NCBI GenBank assembly: GCA_002811645.1
Contig: PDIP01000049.1
Coordinates: 86,517 to 150,516 of the forward strand
DNA length: 64,000 nucleotides
DNA from: Corallochytrium limacisporum Hawaii
Lineage: Eukaryota > Protista > Pluriformea
Direction of reading: 5' to 3'
In this document: positions 53,198 to 60,837 of the stretch, piece after piece
Numbering within the stretch: position 1 is the stretch's first letter
Layout: each line of letters opens with the position of its first letter
Position numbers and translations under genes: made by a program
Notes under the pieces: model-generated
Database searches by the model: none
What the model saw: only the letters and a program-made list of their open reading frames with translations
Told to the model about the DNA's origin: nothing

Positions 53198-53334
53198 ACT
53201 ATCGTAAAGTGAGAGACGTTCGGGTAGTTAGCCGTTACAAATTAGGCCCCGAATTATGCCCTCTCCCGTTTGTCCTGAGTCCTCCATTTTCTTGGTGATG
53301 GACCCGCCTTGCTGGAAGCCCACCCCTACCCCCA

Positions 53335-53344
53335 CCCCCGGGGG
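53335..53344. promoter_or_regulatory. C5G5 island in the SAS-6 / MAPEG divergent promoter
   Basis: C-rich run to the left, G-rich runs to the right. Confidence 0.55.
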
Positions 53345-53831
53345 ACCCAGAGGAAGGGGGCCGAGATCAGGCAGCAGTGGGTGGGGGGAGGCCGGTCTCC
53401 GTTACCACAGGATTTTGCGGTAGTTCTGGCGGTATATGCCCTACCAATTTGTGATGTGTACGTAAACAAGGATAGTTTGCAGTGCGTACTGGCCTGAAAT
53501 ACAGGTGGGAAGGAGGGGCTCCGGACCCGTGTCCTCCGCCGGTGCGTCATCTCCTCAGAGGCGACGGAGGGCAACTGTGATTGCTCTTGGGTTTTAGACC
53601 CCGACCACACACCAAGCTCGGCCATCGCTCATTCATACTCCGAATGGAATGCAACGGGGTGTTCCGGGGCTGAAGGGGAGGGTGGGAGAACTCGGTCTTC
53701 CGATGCGGGGTGCTGACGAATTTATGATTAGGTTGTATGGTGTCTGTCGGACTTGTGAGTGATGGCGCATCGACTTATAATAAAACGGTGTTGTAATGAA
53801 CTTAGGTATATGAGCATACGGATAGCGGAAA

Positions 53832-54359
53832 ATGACAGTAAAGTCGGCCAATCTCACAACGATTGCATTTGGAAAATTCGTTAATATGAGTTCCTACGCC
53901 TCCGCTCTGCGCTTTGCCATTCCAATCCTTGGACTAAATGGTATTTTTGTTGGTGCCTTGACCGTACGCACACGCTTAGTTTACATCCGTCCAAGTCAGC
54001 GCGAGGATGAGAATGATTGGTTCTTGCAAAACATCGTTTGTCCTAGCATGCTAGTGTTCTCCCACCCCAAGGTTTCCGACGAGGTCCGTGACGCCAAGGT
54101 GCAGCGCTTCCTTGATCTCCAGAGAAATTTCAGTGAAAACTGTGTTCAGTTTGCGATCGTGGCCCTGGGATACGCAGCTGTTGTTGCAAGCCCGACTGAG
54201 GCAGCTGCGAAGGCCGTCCGCATCTTTGCGATATCTCGGAGCGTCCACAACGTGTTGTTTGTCTTGTTCCCTTACCAGCCATTCCGAGCTACCGCTTGGC
54301 TGTCCCAGGTCGGCGCCCTGGGCTTCATTGTGTATGAGATGCTGACGGGGGCTGTCTAA
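53832..54359 (+). CDS. MAPEG family membrane protein (microsomal GST / PTGES-like)
   Basis: Four TMs; LQRNFSENCVQF and FAISRSVHNV motifs; true start may be ATG 53886. Confidence 0.85.
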   Translation: MTVKSANLTTIAFGKFVNMSSYASALRFAIPILGLNGIFVGALTVRTRLVYIRPSQREDENDWFLQNIVCPSMLVFSHPKVSDEVRDAKVQRFLDLQRNFSENCVQFAIVALGYAAVVASPTEAAAKAVRIFAISRSVHNVLFVLFPYQPFRATAWLSQVGALGFIVYEMLTGAV

Positions 54360-55999
54360 CGAAGAACATTGAAGGATACACTTCAGATCGACAAAGCAGT
54401 CCCATGGATCGCGACCACTGTTCTCATTGGTAAAGGAGTGTCTCCTGGTCCTTTACAAACTCGAATTCAATCACACATGATTACAATCTTCGCAGAAACA
54501 TATCTGTTGCCTGTCCTTTCAGCTGCACTGACCGTGAGGTTGCGTGCGACTCACTGGGAGATCCAACACCCCATGCACATAGCTACTCTTGTCTTGAAGA
54601 AACGCTCTGGCCTGCATCGGGTGTAACACCTCCTACAGCTATCGTGGACTCACATGGCGATGGATGGGTGCCTTATAACGATATCGCAGGGTCTGATTTC
54701 CTTGTTCAGGACGTATCACTCTCGTCATCTCATCTACTTCGGACCGTAGATATCAACCCTGTAGTATGTGTACGCCAAGGGCGCCCCACCCAAACCGTTG
54801 TGGCAATACCCTTGGTTCCCCCTTTCGACGATTCCGGTTCACCTGTTTTCCCCCAGCTACTGTTATGAACCAGAAAAGTCGGTCACGAGATGAGCGCCTT
54901 GAATCCATTTTGCGGTACCACCAGTATACCAACTCCATAATACAGTGTGATATCACTCAAATTTATACCATCGGTGTATTTGGTAGGCAGGGGAGGGGGA
55001 CCTGGAGGGCGGGGGAAAGTTTGATCGAGACCCAGGCGGATCGGCTTCCACAGACGAAAGAGTTAAAAGAATCAGCAGAGCACGAGACAAATGAGAAACG
55101 AGGGGCTACCCTGGTGCTGACTCCAAATTGTTTGGTCGGGAGCTGTGCACAAGCGCGTCGGGAGCCCCACCTCGATCAGCTTATCGTTCACGGATCCCCG
55201 GCCACATCGAAATACATCATGTTTTGGTACTGAATATACGCACCGAGAAAGAAGACAAAAAAAAATTCAGTGTTACCGCTCTTAGCCATCCTCAGCGACA
55301 GTAGCGGTCATGCTGGGCCGCCAAGGGCTGCGACGACGGGGGATGCATGATCTTTCTCATATCAGGCCCACTAACCATGGAAATTCTGCATGTGTGCATA
55401 ATCTAAAGGTGGGTATTGTTGAATGTTCTGACCATGACAACATATCTCACTACAGCACAAGAGTATGGCGGCCCGAATAGATTTAGATTGATATCAGAGA
55501 GCAGCGACAGAAATTTACAAAGACGAACCAAAACGCACATCGCAGAGTTCAACAGAAATGGGTGACTATGCCACCCTTAACTCTGCCAGCCGCTGCGTAG
55601 TCCTTCCGGTGGGTGGTGTGTGTGTGTGCCTAACCGCATCGCAGCCCAGTTACTGTCAGCGCAAAAAACAACGCGTCAACCCCAACCCACGGAGTGGGTG
55701 CTGGTTTTGTTACCAAACAATGACGGATTTCACCACTGTGTCCTTACCGTGTCGAGTGAAACATGTGCAGGACCGGAGGACAATTTCTCGGACCCACGGA
55801 AAAATTCGCCAAAAATGGAAGGAAACTGCTGGGTGCACAGACGTAAGCACTTGTCTCCCTCTGTGCAGGTTGGAAGACCTCATCCCGCTCGGTCCGGCCA
55901 GTGTCCCTTCTCCCATACTTCCGCCATTAACCTAAGAGTAGGAAAGCAAAATGAATGGGAAATGGCAGAAAGGGCAAGAAAATCTTGGTAAATGGTGTT

Positions 56000-56011
56000 G
56001 GGGGGGGGGGG
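56000..56011. promoter_or_regulatory. G12 run upstream of the sugar transporter
   Basis: About 325 bp before the ATG, on the sense strand. Confidence 0.45.
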
Positions 56012-56333
56012 AAACGGAGAAGAAAATTTAACCACGTTAGGCCCACATCGATAGGAATTGCTGACGCCTCTTGCGTGGGTATTTAGAGGTCTTTGGTAAA
56101 ACGGGAAGCTGATCGAATTTGAACGAGTAAACGTTGTGAATAAAATTTCAGCTTTTCTTCAATTTGAGTGTCTGCGAGGTATTTGAAGTTCGGAGTATTC
56201 CTTCTCACTGGGCCGATGTGTGTGGATAGCAGGCAATGTGCAGTGAAAACCGGAGTCAAGATATTTTCGCATGTTTAGCGTTTTGTCCTTTAGACACTAA
56301 ATCTAGGGTTGTGACATTTCTAGAACTGGCAAG

Positions 56334-57980
56334 ATGCCAGCACAAGACTATATCAGAAAAACTGACATTGATGTAGAGATAGGGAAGGCTAGTGTAGGCT
56401 GCCGTGGGCCTATTTCGAAGAACGGTGCGGATCTTGCTAAGCCCAATGCTTCGCTTGGTCGTGAGTCGATAATATATACAGAAGAGGGATCAACACATAG
56501 TTTATTCGGGCCCGCATTGTTACGGGCCATCCCCGCATATATGGTAAGTTTCGTGGGTGGATGGTTGATTTCGGCCTTGGATCCGGTACAGACTCAGCTG
56601 GTCGTATCTTTTGGTCTCACGTCATGCGACGATTTGGAAAACTTGGATTGCGTGACAGGTAAAGATGCAGACTACAAGATTGCCGGAACTAATAGTGCTC
56701 TTTTCATTGGAGCAGTTATTGGGTGTCTCACATGCAGATTTTTGGCGGAGAAGGGCCGTCGATTCCTGCTCCTCATGATCTCTGCGTTGGTAATTCCCGG
56801 GTGCCTGATTGCGGGATTTGCGCCTGACGGCCAAATTATCGGTAGCACATCCATGCTGTGGGTAGTTGCTCTTGGTCGATTAATCTCTGGAGTAGGTGTG
56901 GGATGGGTCTGTGTGAGTGTGCCACTCTACGTTTCAGAGGTAGTACCGAATTCTGTACGAGGTGCCTTTCTGACGGCACAGTGGCTGATGCAGGGAGTCG
57001 GCGGCCTTGCAGCGGTCATATTCGGACTAGGCTTGAGGCCGCCACCTGGAGACACTGGATACGAGAATTCTCTCCTGGACCAATGGTGGTGGCGTCTTAT
57101 GATTCTAATTCCCGTGCCCCTCTCACTCATTTCCATCTTCTGTCTTCTGTTTGCCACCGAAACCCCGTACATACTACTCAAAAGAGGAAAGGACAAGGAA
57201 GCTCAAACGCTCCTCGCGGACATAAACGGCAGCTCTGGAGACGATTTGATCAAAGAATTTGAAATCACGAAAGCAAGTGCTGATCGTGCCCTTAAACTCA
57301 AGAAGGATGGCGGGGGAGCCCCTTTGACCCTCATGCGATCAAACTTTGAATACGTCCACGCGCTTCTTGTGGGCATGGGCCTGGCATCCTTGCAGAATCT
57401 CAGCGGTGCCCGAGCGCTCACAACTTCTTCAAGCCGACTATTCACACAGGCCGGTCTATCTCCCACAGTAGCGTCATACACCACGGTTGCCTTCCTTGCC
57501 ACGAATGTGCTGGGAAATTCCATCTCCGTGTTTACCATGGACAAGGCCGGGCGCAAAACCAACCTAATCATTTCTTTCGGAGGACAGGCAGTATTTTGCC
57601 TCATGGCTGCCATGGCATACTGGATTGACCCGGAGGCATCTGCAACAACCGTCATTGCGGTTGTAGCCTTGTTCCTATTCTTTTTCAGCTTTGCCATCGG
57701 CGTTGGCCCTATTCCATGCATGTACCTCAGTGAGATTTTCCCTGCGGACTTTAAGGGCTTTGGAATGGGCATGGGCGCAGCGTGCAATTGGTCCGGTATT
57801 GCAATCATGACCTTCGTGTCCCTGGTGGCTTCCAACGAGTTCATTTTTTCGCTCTTCTTTGTGATTTCCGCACTCGGCGTCCTCTTTGTCGTCTTCCTTG
57901 TACGAGAAACCACTGGACGGTCAGTGTACGGATCACCCTACTTTAAAGAACCCCTCGAAATGGGACCATCGTGCCATTGA
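56334..57980 (+). CDS. MFS sugar porter, resembling apicomplexan HT1/GT1 hexose transporters
   Basis: 12 TMs; KGRR, GRLISGVGVG, VPLYVSEVVP..RG, WWRLM, ETPY, DKAGRK, YLSEIFP, RETTGRS. Confidence 0.93.
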   Translation: MPAQDYIRKTDIDVEIGKASVGCRGPISKNGADLAKPNASLGRESIIYTEEGSTHSLFGPALLRAIPAYMVSFVGGWLISALDPVQTQLVVSFGLTSCDDLENLDCVTGKDADYKIAGTNSALFIGAVIGCLTCRFLAEKGRRFLLLMISALVIPGCLIAGFAPDGQIIGSTSMLWVVALGRLISGVGVGWVCVSVPLYVSEVVPNSVRGAFLTAQWLMQGVGGLAAVIFGLGLRPPPGDTGYENSLLDQWWWRLMILIPVPLSLISIFCLLFATETPYILLKRGKDKEAQTLLADINGSSGDDLIKEFEITKASADRALKLKKDGGGAPLTLMRSNFEYVHALLVGMGLASLQNLSGARALTTSSSRLFTQAGLSPTVASYTTVAFLATNVLGNSISVFTMDKAGRKTNLIISFGGQAVFCLMAAMAYWIDPEASATTVIAVVALFLFFFSFAIGVGPIPCMYLSEIFPADFKGFGMGMGAACNWSGIAIMTFVSLVASNEFIFSLFFVISALGVLFVVFLVRETTGRSVYGSPYFKEPLEMGPSCH

Positions 57981-59657
57981 GCACATTGAATAAATTCTGA
58001 TGAGCCTTTTCACTTGGTGACGATAGCCTGTAACAACGGTGGTTGGGCCTGGTCCCTTTTTAGGACGGGATTACTGCCGCTCCCAGCACACCTCTATGGA
58101 CACGGACACAAACAGTGGTACCAACAGACATGGGGTGCGGTTGGCAACCCCTGACAACTATCTCTCCTTGAAGTTCCACGCTCCGAGCCGGATGACTTTG
58201 AACAGGCCGCAATACATTGTCAAACAAGGAAGCCAGAGCCAATCGTTGGTATACTATCATGTGCAAGGTTTTTACGTACGCGATTTCCCGTTGAGCTCCT
58301 TCAACAGTACAGCTTGAGTATCAATGCCCTTCATATTTCTTCAAAGAACCTTCATTGGGACGAGGGATTTGCTAAATTGATTCGTGGCTCCCAACAGCCG
58401 CTTTCCTTGACAGAGGACACAGACCGTTGCCCACCATGACCAGCAACCAGAAAGAGACTCCTGAAACGCACATAGGCACACGATTTCAGCGCGGTTGAGT
58501 TTGATCGAGGAGATCATAGAATCATAACACAGTTGACCAGCAGGCCGAAAATGTGCAAAACGTGTAGTCTAACGTGTAGTCCAAGGCGAGGAATGGACTC
58601 CCGCTCTCCCTCCAAGGCAACCTCGCGCATTGGGAATAGTGCGCAAGACACTAATTGGCCCAGGACGTCACGAAGAAAACTTTTTTTTTCACAGCCGGCG
58701 AATGTTTTGCGTCAGTACATTGAATGGGGGGGTCGAGCGCGAGACTTGAGAAAGTAGGATTCTGATTTATTCCGCTGCGCAGACTCACCAGTCATACCGG
58801 ACAGGCCAGGAAAAGTTTTATGTAAAACGTACTGAATCGCTAAGAGTAGAAAAAAAATTGGCGAAAATACGTAGGGGGGGACTTGCCACCCACGCAGCGT
58901 CCCGATCGAGACTTCGCAAATTCAAAGGAAAAATTAAACAAGGGGCAATATGGTGGGGATCTGAGACTGTCCTGTTGCCCTGGCATTCGTGTTTATGGTA
59001 CTGGTATGTAACATGCGCTGTCGCTAGGCATGTCGGTTGGTGGTACAGCATGCCAATTGCTCTTGCTCAGTGCGTAGAGGTCCAGTTCAATGTAACCCAG
59101 TGCGGTGCTTCTCACAATTCGTCCTGTGTATCCGAAGGCTTAAGAATCCACTCCTAAAACGATGAACTCATCGTTTGGTACCACGGTAGCAGTGGTACCA
59201 ACTTTGTCTGGTCTGGTCTGTGCAATCGACGGGGGGAGGAGGGGTACAAGGACGCATCCAGTTCCCACTGCTCCCTCCTCGTGTCGGGTTCTCCCTTAAA
59301 AGGAAAGAATTTTTTTGTCGGCAATTTGGAGTCTCCCCGAGTGTGATTCTGCCGCACGAATGGTCGAACAGTGGCTGACCGGATCGCCCCCGGGTGGGTT
59401 TGCTAGGTGAACTGTGGCAATTTAAAGTTCCCCAGGGGAACTCCCTAAGAACACACAGAAACATGTAATTGAAATGTGTTTCTGATGGCACTGACATTTC
59501 TTTTCAGGGTAGAGGGTATCAAGATATTTAAAACATACAGTACCAAAAATATTTCTAGTTCCAGCGTGCTCTGTATCAGAGCCCAAACGAATTTCTTAAT
59601 AGCACTGGTAAGGTGTAGTACGTATCAATCACAAGAAGTACCATCACAACAGCAGCA

Positions 59658-60395
59658 ATGTATACAGCAACGCAGCAGCGCACACCAGGCTTATGCTATA
59701 TTGACGGAAGATCTACATGCTGTGAGTTACGGGTGGTGTGGATCCCGGGAGGCGACTTTAGTCGCTTCTCTACCATGTATCCGGAGGAATTGCTGGAGGG
59801 CAAGGTCTCACGAATTGAGTACGATGAAATGATTACTAGACTCAACAAAATTGTGGATCAAGTGATGAATGAGTATCGAAAGCACTACAAACAGATTGTT
59901 GAGTACTGGGGCAGGCTCGGTATCTTGAATTTGGCCCTTTTTCCCTTTAGATACGTGCACAAGTGGGGAGCAGAGCCAGGGCACCGCCGCAAGATAGAAG
60001 CCCTCGAGGCCGATATGGACACCTTGATCACAGAATACAATTCCAAATGGATACGGAACACTGGAGTTAGTATCGGTATCAATCAGGTTCCCATCTCAGA
60101 CCACGAACGAGAGGTTCTCAAGCGCCAGAACGAGGATCTGTACGCTTGGCGTCGATATCAACGGTCAGAGCCCATTGTGGTGATCCGTAACCAAGACCGG
60201 GCCTCTGCTCCCTGTGCTAGTACATCTTCAAAGCGTGAGCCACCGAATCACCCGCCCAGCATTGACAATAGAATGGACCGGACCATGTCCGAAACAACAG
60301 TGAGTTTGGACAGTATTGAACCCCCCCCTCCGTATGCCCCCCGGGACTTCGAGGGCAGCTCGGGAAGTAAAATGAGCTCTTCTGCTCAGAATTAA
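59658..60395 (+). CDS. Erf4/GOLGA7/CHIC-domain protein with C-terminal PPxY motif
   Basis: FSTMYPEELLEGKVSRIEYDEMITRLN resembles the Erf4 domain; central hydrophobic segment; PPPPY. Confidence 0.65.
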   Translation: MYTATQQRTPGLCYIDGRSTCCELRVVWIPGGDFSRFSTMYPEELLEGKVSRIEYDEMITRLNKIVDQVMNEYRKHYKQIVEYWGRLGILNLALFPFRYVHKWGAEPGHRRKIEALEADMDTLITEYNSKWIRNTGVSIGINQVPISDHEREVLKRQNEDLYAWRRYQRSEPIVVIRNQDRASAPCASTSSKREPPNHPPSIDNRMDRTMSETTVSLDSIEPPPPYAPRDFEGSSGSKMSSSAQN

Positions 60396-60837
60396 GTATT
60401 TTGATTTAAAGAAATATTTATGTTTCCGATTGGGACACATATAAGTAGGTGCACTGGGACGTACAGTCGACTACGCGTATATTGGACTCGCAGTAGGTTT
60501 TCCTTCACTATGTAGGGGATTCAGATGAGATTTAATGTCTTGATTCGTTGCATTATTTGCTGTAGAGAGTTTAAGAAGAAGCACGGGAAATTTTGTCGGG
60601 AGTGTGTGACCGTGGCTAGAACTCATTCTGCACAAGATTCCAGCTTATCTCTCTAAATCGAAATGGCTCGGAATGTGGTCGGGGTCGACGTGGAAGTCGC
60701 CCGATGACAGTTGATGGCTTCTTTCACCGGGAATACAGTCTTCAATACCAACTGCACTCTTGTAGCATGATGCGTCAAATGAATGTCTCAAATAGCTACT
60801 AAAGAATTGCAATTCGGGTTCAACTATTACTACTACA

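Noticed and set aside
54540-54960. Possible pseudogene fragment between MAPEG and the transporter
   Set aside because: Short open stretches in several frames, none recognisable
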